A DNA stretch of 64,000 bases from an uncultured Nocardioides sp. (GTDB lineage: Bacteria; Actinomycetota; Actinomycetes; Propionibacteriales; Nocardioidaceae), in NCBI GenBank assembly GCA_964591845.1, contig CAZQCA010000001.1, positions 1,135-65,134 on the forward strand. The letters run 5' to 3'. A model generated the notes under the pieces. The model saw only the letters and a list, made by a program, of their open reading frames with translations, did not search any database and was not told the origin of the DNA. A program made the translations under genes and the position numbers. How positions within the stretch are numbered: position 1 is the stretch's first letter; each line of letters begins with the position of its first letter. Below, one piece after another: positions 53,344-64,000 of the stretch.

Positions 53344-56079
53344 TCACTCGTCGGTGTTCTCGCCGCCGGCGTCCTCGTTGCACTCGATCTGCGGCGGCTC
53401 CTCGCCGGGGAAGGCGAGGAGGTTGAGCTCCGGGGCGCGGGTGCCGCGCAGGTGGTAGGAGAGCGCCGTGCGCGTGGTGCGCTCGCCCGAGGACGTGAGG
53501 TAGTCGTAGCCGGGGAGCCACCGGGCGCCGACCGTGAACATGCACTCGTCGAACTGCGTGACCTCCTCGACCGGCTCGACCAGGTCCTCGAGATCCTCCT
53601 GCAGATCGGCCACGCCGTGCCGCAGGTCCTGGAGGTCGCCGTCGAGGTCGACGTCCCCGGGCAGGCGGCGCGGGTCACGCAGCGGCGCGCGGTCCACGGA
53701 CTCTCCGGGCTCGCCCCCGCACTCACCCGGCCCGAACGGACGGTCCCGGCCCCCGAAGGAGAGGAACTCGTAGTCGGGGTCGTCCCACTCGCTGTGATCC
53801 AGGTCGAGCGCCGACCCCCAGGTGGACGACGCGCCCGGGTCGGTCACGACGTAGCCGAGCCCCTGCTCGGGCTCGCCGGAGGAGGTGATCGGCTGCCAGC
53901 GGAGGCAGGACTCCCACTGGTCGAACCGGTCGGCGCTGGCCTCGATCCGGTCGGCGAGAGCCGTGATCCTGGCCAGCCGCACCAGCAGTCGCCGCACGGT
54001 CAGCGGGCGCGCGGCGGGCTGTGCCGTGAGCCGCGTCGCGGCGCCCGCCGGCCTGGCGTCCGCGCCGGTGCCCTGGGGGTCGGGAGCCCGTGAGAGGCAC
54101 ACACGCCGCCTCGAGAGGTCGAGCAGCCGGAAGTCGGGGGTGCCGCCACCGCCGGGCGTGAGGGCGGTCCGCGGGCCGGCCCCGGTGCCGTCGCGCTCGT
54201 CGTAGGTGAAGCCCCACCGGGCCCGCGGGTCGCCCGCGCGCCGGACGGGGATCTCGGTGAGGCAGCCGCGCAGCTGGCCGAAGCGGCGCACGGCGTGGTG
54301 GAGCCGGCCGAGACGCTGCCGCATCCGGTCGAGCCGGTCCCGGATCCGCGGCAGGGGTCCTCGGTCCGCCGCCCGTGGATGTCGGTCCGGCTTCGTGGCG
54401 GGGTGGCGGACAGGCGTCCGGTCGAGGGTCGAGATCCGGTCGGCCCGGCTCTGCTCGGCGTACGCCGGCGCGCGCGACGACCCGGCCCCCGGCGCCCCGC
54501 TCCGCCGGCCCGGAGAGGAGGTGACGCGTACAGCGGGGGTCCCGTCGGCCGGCGACTCGACCGCTCCGATGTCGCAGCCGTCGCCGCCGTCGCGCAGTCG
54601 GCCGAGGGCGTCGCGCCGCAAGACGTCGTCCCAGTCCACGTGGTCGGCGAGCAGCTGGCCGCCTCGGAGCGGCTCGGGAAGGTGCCCCAGGCAGTGGCCC
54701 GAGGGGATCACGCGACGCACCGGGCTGTCGGGCAGCGGTTGCAGGACGAAGCCGCGCGGATCGTCCTCGAGGGGCGCCAGGCGCGGATCGGCCCCGAGGA
54801 GGTCGGTGGCCGACGCGAGGCGACAGCGGTCGTCGGCGGAGAAGTTGAAGCCCTGTGAGGCGGTCGCATAGACGCGGCAGCTGAAGCGCGTGGGGATCGT
54901 GTCGCCGGTGACTCCGACGATGACCGGGGGACCGATGATGGTCGCGAAGCTCGTGAAGCGCCCCGCCGACCCCAGGTCGCCCCCGATCGGGGCGATGTTC
55001 GCGGTCACGGTGCTGCCGATCACGGTCGTCCGGCCCGCCGAGAGCAGGCCGCCGCCCTCGCCCTCGGCGTAGTTGTTGGCCACGGTGCTGTTGACGAGGG
55101 TCAGGTCGCCGCGCGCCCAGATGCCGCCCCCCGCGTGGGCGACGGCGAGGTTGCGGGCGACGGTGGAGTTGACGACGAGCACGTCTCCCTCGCCCGAGAT
55201 GGCGCCTCCGCGATCGTCGGCGCGATTGCCGTTGAGGGTGGAGTCGAGGACGGCCACGTCGCCGTCCAGCGTGAAGATGGCGCCGCCGGGCCCGTCGGCG
55301 TCGCTGCCGTCGATGTGGGAGCCGATCACGGTGACGTCGCCGTCCTCGTCGGTGTAGAGGGCGCCGCCGTCGCCGTCGGTTGTGTTGCCGTCGACCTCCG
55401 AGCGCACGACCAGGATGTCGCCGGTCGACGCGATGGCTCCGCCGGAGCCGTCGACGAGGTTGTTGCTGACGATCGAGTCGTAGACCTGGACGCCGCCTCG
55501 CCGCGCATAGAGTGCGCCACCGTCGTCGTTGGCGAGGTTGCCGTTGAGCCGAGAGTCGAAGACCGTGATCCGTCGCATGGAGAAGACCCCGCCGCCCGGC
55601 TCCTCGGCGAGGTTCTGCCGCACCGTCACCTCGCGGAGCACGATCTCGCCCCGAGACGTGAGCGCGGCCCCCGGGCCGTCCGAGCCGCCACGGGTGAGGG
55701 TCACCCGTCGTACGTCGAGGAAGCCGGTGCCGTCCTGCCGCAACAGGCGCTTCTCGAAGCAGGCCTGCCTGAGCGTGAAGCCGTGGCCGTCCAGCACGAG
55801 CGGGTAGGGGGACTCCCGGATCGGGTCGCCGACGGCGCAGTCCCGGAGCACGATGTCGGCCCCCAGGTCGATGCGGCGGCGGGTGGGGTCGGCCCACGCC
55901 TCGCGCAGCTGGGTCTCGGTGCTGACGACGGGAGGCTCTCGCGGCGTGGGGCGTGTGACCCGGGCCGCGGCGGGCGGGAGCGGTGAGCCCAGGACGAGCA
56001 GGACCGCCACGCCCGCGCCGGTCGCGATCCGAGCGCGGGCGTGTCCCTCCCCCCGACCCCATCGGGACACGCTCTCCAC
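53344..56079 (-). CDS. Secreted right-handed beta-helix protein (Pmp-like GGA(I/L) repeats) with a threefold-repeated C-terminal module
   Basis: Signal-like N-terminus; repeats NxAxxxGGA(I/L); DPRLAPL...CDIGAVE (choice-of-anchor-Q-like); Cys-containing C-terminal repeats. Confidence 0.75.
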   Translation of the reverse strand: MESVSRWGRGEGHARARIATGAGVAVLLVLGSPLPPAAARVTRPTPREPPVVSTETQLREAWADPTRRRIDLGADIVLRDCAVGDPIRESPYPLVLDGHGFTLRQACFEKRLLRQDGTGFLDVRRVTLTRGGSDGPGAALTSRGEIVLREVTVRQNLAEEPGGGVFSMRRITVFDSRLNGNLANDDGGALYARRGGVQVYDSIVSNNLVDGSGGAIASTGDILVVRSEVDGNTTDGDGGALYTDEDGDVTVIGSHIDGSDADGPGGAIFTLDGDVAVLDSTLNGNRADDRGGAISGEGDVLVVNSTVARNLAVAHAGGGIWARGDLTLVNSTVANNYAEGEGGGLLSAGRTTVIGSTVTANIAPIGGDLGSAGRFTSFATIIGPPVIVGVTGDTIPTRFSCRVYATASQGFNFSADDRCRLASATDLLGADPRLAPLEDDPRGFVLQPLPDSPVRRVIPSGHCLGHLPEPLRGGQLLADHVDWDDVLRRDALGRLRDGGDGCDIGAVESPADGTPAVRVTSSPGRRSGAPGAGSSRAPAYAEQSRADRISTLDRTPVRHPATKPDRHPRAADRGPLPRIRDRLDRMRQRLGRLHHAVRRFGQLRGCLTEIPVRRAGDPRARWGFTYDERDGTGAGPRTALTPGGGGTPDFRLLDLSRRRVCLSRAPDPQGTGADARPAGAATRLTAQPAARPLTVRRLLVRLARITALADRIEASADRFDQWESCLRWQPITSSGEPEQGLGYVVTDPGASSTWGSALDLDHSEWDDPDYEFLSFGGRDRPFGPGECGGEPGESVDRAPLRDPRRLPGDVDLDGDLQDLRHGVADLQEDLEDLVEPVEEVTQFDECMFTVGARWLPGYDYLTSSGERTTRTALSYHLRGTRAPELNLLAFPGEEPPQIECNEDAGGENTDE

Positions 56080-56160
56080 GCTAGGGAGGGTCGCCCGCTC
56101 GGGCGGGCAGGCGCGCCGCTGCCGTCGGGCGCGACGTCGGCAGCCCCGGGGGGACGGCGC

Positions 56161-56541
56161 TCAGGTCTGGCGCTGGGCCCGCACGGTCGGGCTGGTGTCC
56201 CCCTGGCAGTTCGCGGTGGGCTTGACCTTGGCATAGAAGCGGCCGGGCGTGCCGGTGTTGCCGGTGCTCCAGGAGCCGTCGGCGGAGGCGTTGTCGGAGG
56301 CGAACTTCTTGTCGTCGCCACCGCCTCGCGTGCCCTTGATCTTGATCACGATCACCTTGCGGTCGGTGACGCAGCTCTGGCGGGGGCTCGAGAGCTTGCC
56401 CGACAGATCGGTGCCCTGGGCCTTGATGGTGACGGTGCTCCGCGCCGCGGGTGTCTGCGCTCCGGCTGCGCCGGGGAGTGCGACGAGCGCCGCGCTCGCG
56501 AGGAGCACCAGTGAGGTGCTGACGGTCGTGGCTGTCTTCAT
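56161..56541 (-). CDS. Small secreted protein with two Cys (Ig-like fold suspected)
   Basis: Signal peptide ending AGA; GKLSS...C...GRFYAKV...C. Confidence 0.7.
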   Translation of the reverse strand: MKTATTVSTSLVLLASAALVALPGAAGAQTPAARSTVTIKAQGTDLSGKLSSPRQSCVTDRKVIVIKIKGTRGGGDDKKFASDNASADGSWSTGNTGTPGRFYAKVKPTANCQGDTSPTVRAQRQT

Positions 56542-56604
56542 GGGTCAAGGGAACCGGTCCCCGAGGCTGCCCGTCATCACCCGGACGGACTATGGGCACG
56601 ACGA

Positions 56605-56620
56605 TTGAACAGCCGTTCAA
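56605..56620. promoter_or_regulatory. Palindromic operator with perfect 6-bp arms (TetR/BetI-like)
   Basis: TTGAAC-agcc-GTTCAA ends 20 nt upstream of the GcvT-family gene. Confidence 0.6.
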
Positions 56621-56639
56621 AGCGTGACAGGCTGCCGTC

Positions 56640-59153
56640 ATGTCGCTGGACTTCGCCGCCATCAACCCCGCCGCCGCCCGCGCCGCGTCCGAGGCCGTCG
56701 GGGGAGAGCTCCCGAGCCGGGCGCAGTACGTCGTCGTGGGCGGGGGAGTCATCGGCACCTCGATCGCCTACCACCTGGCGCTGCTCGGGGCGACCGACGT
56801 GGTGCTGCTGGAGCGCCAGCAGCTCACCTCCGGTACGACGTGGCACGCGGCGGGGGAGGTCGTGTCTGGCGGCGCCACCGAGGACGCCCTCTGGATGTCT
56901 CGCTACTCGACCGACCTCTACGCACGGCTCGAGGCGGAGACCGGGCTGTCGACGGGCTTCCGTCGATGCGGCTACCTCCAGCTCGCGACCACGGCCCGCG
57001 CCGAGGAGAGCCTGCGCCGCGAGACGGCCTACATGCGCGCCAAGGGGATGACCAAGGACATCCTCTCGGCGCGCGAGGTCGCCGAGATGGTGCCCCTGAT
57101 GCGCACCGACGACGTGCGGCTCGGGTTCTGGACCCCCGACGAGGGCCGGGCCAACCCGGTCGACGTGACGATGTCGCTGGCCAAGGGTGCCCGCCAGCGA
57201 GGCGCCCGGATCTTCGAGCACACCGAGGTCACGGGCTTCGCGATCGACCGTGGCCGGGTCACCGGTGTCCGCACGCCGCGGGGTGACATCGAGTGCGAGA
57301 AGGTCGTGCTCGCCGCCGGCCTGTGGGGACGCGAGCTGGCGGCGCGCGCCGGTGTGACCGTGCCCCTCCAGGCGGCGGAGCACTACTACCTGCTCACCGA
57401 GCCGATCGACGGCGTGACGCCCGAGTCGGTGCCGGTGATCGAGGACACCGAGGCCTACGGCTACTACCGGGAGGAAGGGGGAGGGCTCCTCGTCGGCATG
57501 TTCGAGCCGGTCGGCAAGGCCTGGGCGCTCGACGGCACGCCTGCCGACAGCGCCTTCGCCGTCCTGCCGCCCGACTGGGACCGGCTCGCCCCCTTCCTCG
57601 AGGTCGCGATGCGGCGCTTCCCCGCGCTCGAGGACGTCGGCATCAGGACGCTGTTCTGCGGGCCGGAGAGCTTCACCGACGACCTGTCGCCGATGCTCGG
57701 CGAGTCCCCCGAGGTGGACAACCTCTATCTCGCCTGCGGCCTCAACTCCGTCGGCATCCTCTCCGGCGGAGGGCTCGGGCACGTGATGGCGCAGTGGATG
57801 CTGGAGGAGCACCCGCCACTCGACCTCACCGACGTCGGCGTCGACCGCACCCACGAGTTCCAGGCCACGCGGCTCTTCCGTCGGGAGCGCACCGTCGAGC
57901 GGCTCGGGTTTCTGCTCAACGACATGTCCTGGCCGCACGCGCAGCCGGTGCGGGGGCGCGACGTACGCCGCTCGCCGTACCACCCGCGGCACGTGGCGGA
58001 TGGCGCCCACCTCGTCGCCACCAGCGGCTGGGAGTACCCGGAGTACTTCGCCAGCCCCGGCGTCACGCCGACCGTGACGTGGGGCTTCGAGCGTGGCGAG
58101 GCCTTCGACCGCACCCGTGAGGAGCACCTCCAGGCGCGTGAGAGCGTCGCGATGTTCGACATGTCGCTGATGTCGCACCACCTGGTGCAGGGCCCGCACG
58201 CGACGGCCGTGCTCGGCCGCGTCTGCGCCAACGACGTCGACACGGTGGTGGGGAGGGTCGTCTACACGCAGTGGCTCGACGATCGCGGCGGCATCATCGC
58301 CGACGTCACCGTCACCCGCCTCGCCGAGGACCAGTACGTCGTGATCAGCGGCGACAACATCCACCGGCGGGTGCCCGCCTGGATCCGGCGGCAGACGAGG
58401 CCCGACGAGCTGGTCGTGGTCACCGACGTCACGAGCGGCCACGCGCTGCTGTCGGTGCAGGGCCCGAGGTCCCGCGAGCTGCTCCAGTCGCTGAGCCCCG
58501 ACGACTGGTCCGACGAGGCCTTCCCCTACCTCACCGCGCGGCGCACCGAGCTGGGCTACACGCCGCTGTGGGCGCTGCGCGTCACCTACGTCGGCGAGCT
58601 GGGCTGGGACCTCCTCGTCCCGACCGAGTTCGGCGCCACGCTCTACGACCAGCTCCGCGAGGCCGGGGAGGCCTTCGGCTTCCGGCCGACGGGGCTCGGC
58701 GCGCTCGAGACGATGCGCCTCGAGAAGGCCTTCCGCGACATGGGTCACGACATCGACTCCACCGACACGCCGCTGGAGGCCGGGCTCGGCTTCGCGGTCG
58801 CCTGGGACAAGCCCGGCGGCTTCGTCGGCCGGGAGGCCCTGTTGAAGCAGAAGGAGTCCGGTCCGCTCCGTCGCCGCCTGGCCAACGTGCTGCTCGACTC
58901 CCCGGACGTCGACCTCTACGGCGACGAGCCCGTCTACTGGGACGGGGCTCCCGTCGGGGTCGTGCGCTCCGGTGGCTTCGGCCACTCCCTCGGCGCGCCC
59001 GTCGGGATCGCCGAGGTCACGCGCGAGGAGGGCATCACGCCAGCCGCACTCGCCGCCGGGTCCTTCGAGATCGACGTCGCCGGCACCCGGGTCCCGGCCC
59101 AGGTGTCGCTGCGGCCGTTCTTCGACCCGGAGCGGAAGCGGGTGCTCTGCTGA
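56640..59153 (+). CDS. GcvT family FAD-dependent oxidoreductase (dimethylglycine/sarcosine dehydrogenase-like)
   Basis: GGGVIG, SGTTWHAAG, CGPESFTDD, YVGELGWDL, RLEKAF and TPLEAGLGF. Confidence 0.93.
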   Translation: MSLDFAAINPAAARAASEAVGGELPSRAQYVVVGGGVIGTSIAYHLALLGATDVVLLERQQLTSGTTWHAAGEVVSGGATEDALWMSRYSTDLYARLEAETGLSTGFRRCGYLQLATTARAEESLRRETAYMRAKGMTKDILSAREVAEMVPLMRTDDVRLGFWTPDEGRANPVDVTMSLAKGARQRGARIFEHTEVTGFAIDRGRVTGVRTPRGDIECEKVVLAAGLWGRELAARAGVTVPLQAAEHYYLLTEPIDGVTPESVPVIEDTEAYGYYREEGGGLLVGMFEPVGKAWALDGTPADSAFAVLPPDWDRLAPFLEVAMRRFPALEDVGIRTLFCGPESFTDDLSPMLGESPEVDNLYLACGLNSVGILSGGGLGHVMAQWMLEEHPPLDLTDVGVDRTHEFQATRLFRRERTVERLGFLLNDMSWPHAQPVRGRDVRRSPYHPRHVADGAHLVATSGWEYPEYFASPGVTPTVTWGFERGEAFDRTREEHLQARESVAMFDMSLMSHHLVQGPHATAVLGRVCANDVDTVVGRVVYTQWLDDRGGIIADVTVTRLAEDQYVVISGDNIHRRVPAWIRRQTRPDELVVVTDVTSGHALLSVQGPRSRELLQSLSPDDWSDEAFPYLTARRTELGYTPLWALRVTYVGELGWDLLVPTEFGATLYDQLREAGEAFGFRPTGLGALETMRLEKAFRDMGHDIDSTDTPLEAGLGFAVAWDKPGGFVGREALLKQKESGPLRRRLANVLLDSPDVDLYGDEPVYWDGAPVGVVRSGGFGHSLGAPVGIAEVTREEGITPAALAAGSFEIDVAGTRVPAQVSLRPFFDPERKRVLC

Positions 59154-59165
59154 GGGGTGCCCCTC

Positions 59166-60116
59166 TCAGACCACCTGCAGCTGGTCCGCCGCCGTCGCCT
59201 TGAGCCCGGCAGCAGTGGTGACGGTGACATCGTAGCCCCCGGGGTGAGCGAGCACCTCCGGAGGAAGATCGACGAGCACCACCTCGTCGGTGCCCGCGCG
59301 CACCTTGGCGGCGGGGACCAGCCATCCCCCCACGGTCACCCGTGTCGCCCGCGACGACCGCATCGTCTCCTTGTCGGCGCTCCCGCCGGGCTCTGACGTG
59401 ACCCGGATGACCTTGCCCGGTGCCACGAGGTTGGCGCCGCGGATCGACACCTGGATCTCGCCGGAGGCGTCGACCTTGGTGGGGGTCATGGCCGTGATCG
59501 AGGGCGCGTTGGCGGTCCAGCTCTTGGTGCCGGCATAGGTGGCCGCCGAACCTCCGGTGAGCAGCGCCAGCTGCTCGGGGAACTCGGGCACCCCGAGCTC
59601 TGGGTGCTTGGCGAAGGCGTAGACGACGTACGCCGCCGCGCAGAGGTTGAGGATCAGGTACTGCGCGTCGGCGACCGCGAGACCGCCGTTGTCCGTGGTG
59701 ACCAGGTCGCCGAGCGCCGGCTGCGCCGCCTCGGTCTTCTGCAGGCTGGCCTCGGGGCCCGACGTCTTGCTGTCGGTGACCGCCTTGGCGAGGAACGCCG
59801 CCAGCACGGGCCCGCCCAGGACGGCGAAGTAGGAGGTGCTGAGCCCCTCCATCGACGCCAGGAAGGAGCTCTTGTCACCCTTGCTGAGCAGCACCGTGGC
59901 GATCACGACCCAGGCCACGATCGCCGTCCATCCGAGCACCACGGTCTTGGACGTGGAGTCACGGTTGTCGGCGCCCGCGGTGAGGCGGATGCGGGTCCAG
60001 CCGGTCCTGGCGAACGGCTTCTTGGCGGTGCCGTCCTCCTGGCGGGCGCGTCGGAAGGACAACAGGAACAGGGCCACCCCCACGATGACCAGCGAGACGA
60101 CGAGCTGGGACTTCAT
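59166..60116 (-). CDS. Multi-pass membrane protein with C-terminal IPT/TIG-like domain
   Basis: Several TM segments; DLVTTDNG...DAQYLILN...LALLTGGSAATY; PSITAMTP...IRGANL...VTVTTAAG. Confidence 0.7.
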   Translation of the reverse strand: MKSQLVVSLVIVGVALFLLSFRRARQEDGTAKKPFARTGWTRIRLTAGADNRDSTSKTVVLGWTAIVAWVVIATVLLSKGDKSSFLASMEGLSTSYFAVLGGPVLAAFLAKAVTDSKTSGPEASLQKTEAAQPALGDLVTTDNGGLAVADAQYLILNLCAAAYVVYAFAKHPELGVPEFPEQLALLTGGSAATYAGTKSWTANAPSITAMTPTKVDASGEIQVSIRGANLVAPGKVIRVTSEPGGSADKETMRSSRATRVTVGGWLVPAAKVRAGTDEVVLVDLPPEVLAHPGGYDVTVTTAAGLKATAADQLQVV

Positions 60117-60228
60117 TTCTCCCCCTCCGAGCCGGCGTCCCGGACCGACCGGCCCGAGATCCTCAGTATGTCCGCCCGGAGGGGTGCACGGGGAGGGCGG
60201 GACTTGGCCCGCCGGTGATACTGGCTGG

Positions 60229-60585
60229 ATGGCCAGCTACGAGGTCAACCCGGCCGGGGTCGAGCGCGCGCGGGAGCTGATCGCGGCTCGGCAGTACGTC
60301 CTGGACAGCGACTGGGGTGAGGTCCAGCCGTCAGCCGCCGACCAGAACGCCTACCTCGAGCGCCACTCGTGGGACGAGTACGCCGCCTGGCACCTCGGGC
60401 TGACCGAGGGGGCCAACGACGAGACCAAGGCCCGCTACGCGTTCGTGTACGGCGACCTCCGCCGGGTGCACCGCACCGGGCTGATCGCCTGCGTCTACCG
60501 GGCCGCCGAGTGGCGGCACAAGAAGGTCGAGCTCGCCGCCCATCACCTGCTGCAGGAGCTCGACCGGGTGGCCGGCATCGGCTGA
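60229..60585 (+). CDS. Conserved hypothetical protein, 118 aa
   Basis: Good codon bias; WDEYAAWHLG...ETKARYAFVYGD. Confidence 0.75.
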   Translation: MASYEVNPAGVERARELIAARQYVLDSDWGEVQPSAADQNAYLERHSWDEYAAWHLGLTEGANDETKARYAFVYGDLRRVHRTGLIACVYRAAEWRHKKVELAAHHLLQELDRVAGIG

Positions 60586-60590
60586 CCCGG

Positions 60591-61447
60591 CTACTTCTCC
60601 GTGCGCCGCTGGAAGGTGCGGATCGAGAGCGGGGCGAGGATCAGCGTGAGCGCGACCGTCCACACCAGGGTGGCCAGCACCGGGTGGTGCAGCGGCAGCT
60701 GGGCGTCGCTCGGGACGGGGTCGGCGTTGCCCCAGAGCTCGCGCACGGCCTGGACCAGCGCGGAGATCGGGTTCCACTCGGCGATCACGCGCAGCCAGTG
60801 GGTCATCTGCTCGGTGGGCGCGAACGCGTTGGAGAGGAAGGTCACCGGGAAGATCGTGGTGAACATGACTCCCTGCACCGCCTCGACCGAGCGCATCGCC
60901 GAGCCGACCAGGATGCCCACCCAGATCATCGCGAGGCCCCACAGCAGCAGCAGGCCGTAGCCGGCGAGGGCGTCGAGGACTCCGCTGCGCAGGCGCCAGC
61001 CGATCGCCAGGCCCGTCAGCGACATCACGACGATGCCGATCGAGGAGTGGATGAGGCTGGACAGGCTGCGCCCCACCAGGATGGACGCGGTGCGGATGGG
61101 CAGCGACCTCATCCGGTCGACGATGCCCTTGTCGATGTCGGCGGTCAGCCCGACCGCCACGATGAACGACGAGAAGGCAATCGTCTGGCCCATGATCCCG
61201 GCCATCAGCCACTCGCGGTAGCCCTCGGCCGCGCCCTGCACGGCGATCGAGCCGCCGAAGACGAACGCGAAAAGCACCACGAACATCACCGGCTGGATCG
61301 TGACGTCCATCAGCATCTCGGGCATCCGCTTGATGTGGATGAGGTTGCGTCGGGTGATCGCCAGCGACTGCCGCAGCAGGCTGGTCTGGTGGATCTCCGG
61401 CCGCTCGAGGTGGCCGGTCGAGGGCACGCGGGTCTCGATGTCGCTGG

Positions 61448-61451
<4 letters not shown>
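60591..61451 (-). CDS. ABC-2 type exporter permease (DrrB-like)
   Basis: QPVMFVVLFAFVFGG, GIVDRMRSLPI and FLSNAFAP...WNP. Confidence 0.92.
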
Positions 61452-62440
<989 letters not shown>

Positions 62441-62774
62441 CCCTCGACGGTAGCCGGGACCACCGACACCGTCATCCGGATTGACCCCGACCGGGCCCCG
62501 GTCGCGGACCCCCGGGACAGCACACGGCCCGGGGCCAAGCAAGCGGGCCCAGGCCCCGGGCCATGTCTACCGCCAGACCCCCCCACACAGCTCCGACGGA
62601 CGATCGGTGAGGAGGCCACCACCGTGTGCACGTGGGAGACCTTCTCTCCTGCCACAGCATCTAACCGGCCGCGCACGGCTGCACATGACCCGTTCGGGTC
62701 ATTTGGCGGTGCGGCTCCGCGCGCTAGCACGGTCGCTTCGACAGCCCTCGCGGGCCGCCGTACCCTTGTCCCTC

Positions 62775-63893
62775 GTGGCAGGCCCCGACTTCGACGCAGA
62801 GATCAAACAGCTCCAGGCGACCATGCACACCATCGGGCAGGTCCTGGACCTCGACGCCATGCGCGCGGAGATCGCTCGTCTCGGCGAGGAGGTGGCCGCG
62901 CCCGACCTCTGGGACGACCAGGCCAACGCCCAGCGGGTCACCAGCCGGCTGTCGGCGCTCAACGCGGAGGTCGACCGCTTCACCGAGCTCGACGGGAGGC
63001 TGGAGGACCTCGGCGTGCTCGTCGAGCTGGGCCGCGAGGAGGGCGATGCCGACTCGCTCGCGGAGGCGGAGACCGAGCTCGGCAAGGTCCAGAAGGCGGT
63101 CGAGGCGCTGGAGGTGCGCACGCTGCTGTCCGGGGAGTACGACGCCCGCGAGGCCCTGCTCACCATCCGCTCGGGCGCGGGCGGCGTCGACGCCGCCGAC
63201 TTCGCCGAGATGCTGATGCGGATGTACGTCCGCTGGGCCGAGCAGCACAAGTACACCGTCGAGGTCTTCGACACGTCGTACGCCGAGGAGGCCGGCCTGA
63301 AGTCGGCCACCTTCGCGATCCACGCTCCCTACGCCTACGGCACCCTGTCGGTCGAGGCCGGCACCCACCGGCTGGTCCGGATCAGCCCCTTCGACAACCA
63401 GGGGCGCCGCCAGACCTCCTTCGCCGCCGTCGAGGTGGTGCCCGTGCTCGAGCAGACCGACGACATCGAGATCCCCGAGGAGGAGATCCGGGTCGACGTC
63501 TACCGCTCGTCGGGACCCGGCGGCCAGTCGGTCAACACCACCGACTCCGCGGTGCGCCTCACCCACCTGCCCACGGGCGTGGTCGTCAGCTGCCAGAACG
63601 AGAAGTCGCAGCTGCAGAACAAGGCGTCCGCCATGGTCATCCTCAAGGCCAAGCTGCTGGCGATGAAGAAGGCCGAGGAGGAGGCGCACCTCAAGGAGCT
63701 CAAGGGCGACGTGGCCGCCGCCTGGGGCGACCAGATGCGCAACTACGTCCTCAACCCCTACCAGATGGTCAAGGACCTCCGCACCGGTCACGAGACCGGC
63801 AACCCCCAGGCGGTCTTCGACGGCGACATCGACGACTTCATCGAGGCGGGCATCCGCTGGCGCAGAGGCGCGGAACGAGCCGCCCAGAACTGA
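62775..63893 (+). CDS. prfB: Peptide chain release factor 2
   Basis: [10 protein letters not shown] (SPF), [15 protein letters not shown] (GGQ) and YQMVKDLRT; continuous frame from the GTG start. Confidence 0.97.
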   Translation: MAGPDFDAEIKQLQATMHTIGQVLDLDAMRAEIARLGEEVAAPDLWDDQANAQRVTSRLSALNAEVDRFTELDGRLEDLGVLVELGREEGDADSLAEAETELGKVQKAVEALEVRTLLSGEYDAREALLTIRSGAGGVDAADFAEMLMRMYVRWAEQHKYTVEVFDTSYAEEAGLKSATFAIHAPYAYGTLSVEAGTHRLVRISPFDNQGRRQTSFAAVEVVPVLEQTDDIEIPEEEIRVDVYRSSGPGGQSVNTTDSAVRLTHLPTGVVVSCQNEKSQLQNKASAMVILKAKLLAMKKAEEEAHLKELKGDVAAAWGDQMRNYVLNPYQMVKDLRTGHETGNPQAVFDGDIDDFIEAGIRWRRGAERAAQN

Positions 63894-64000
63894 GCCGGGC
63901 CGCCGGTCTGCGTCATGGCGCCGACGCCGCTTCGGTGACGGCCGCACACCAGCGTCCGGCCCGGTCGACCAGCTCCTCGCGTTCCACCGGGGAGTCGGCG

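Noticed and set aside
62775-63893. prfB without the programmed +1 frameshift
   Set aside because: A continuous prfB frame is normal in actinobacteria.

Overview
This is a 64-kb high-GC actinobacterial window. Gene content suggests a Nocardioides-like organism (inference). It runs from the 3' end of NAD-glutamate dehydrogenase to prfB. The left half holds a split NHEJ locus (Ku, LigD ligase and LigD polymerase modules), a secreted LTD-CotH kinase-like protein, stress genes (Dps, DUF1508, a truncated general stress protein), and a six-gene type III PKS/prenyl-quinone operon whose PKS carries a 1-nt frameshift. It also holds a caddie-like gene next to a tyrosinase fused to two nearly identical bulb-type lectin domains. 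A complete Tad/Flp pilus operon lies at 31.3-35.8 kb. The best candidate for an undescribed system is a tightly packed, largely translationally coupled 16.6-kb six-gene operon (36681-53307): two paralogous trypsin-like serine proteases, a DUF6603-like beta-rich giant protein and three large uncharacterised proteins (1109, 1894 and 629 aa), one with an internal transmembrane hairpin. I recognised no rRNA, tRNA, CRISPR array, integrase or transposase. Family names come from motif recognition by eye, not from database searches.
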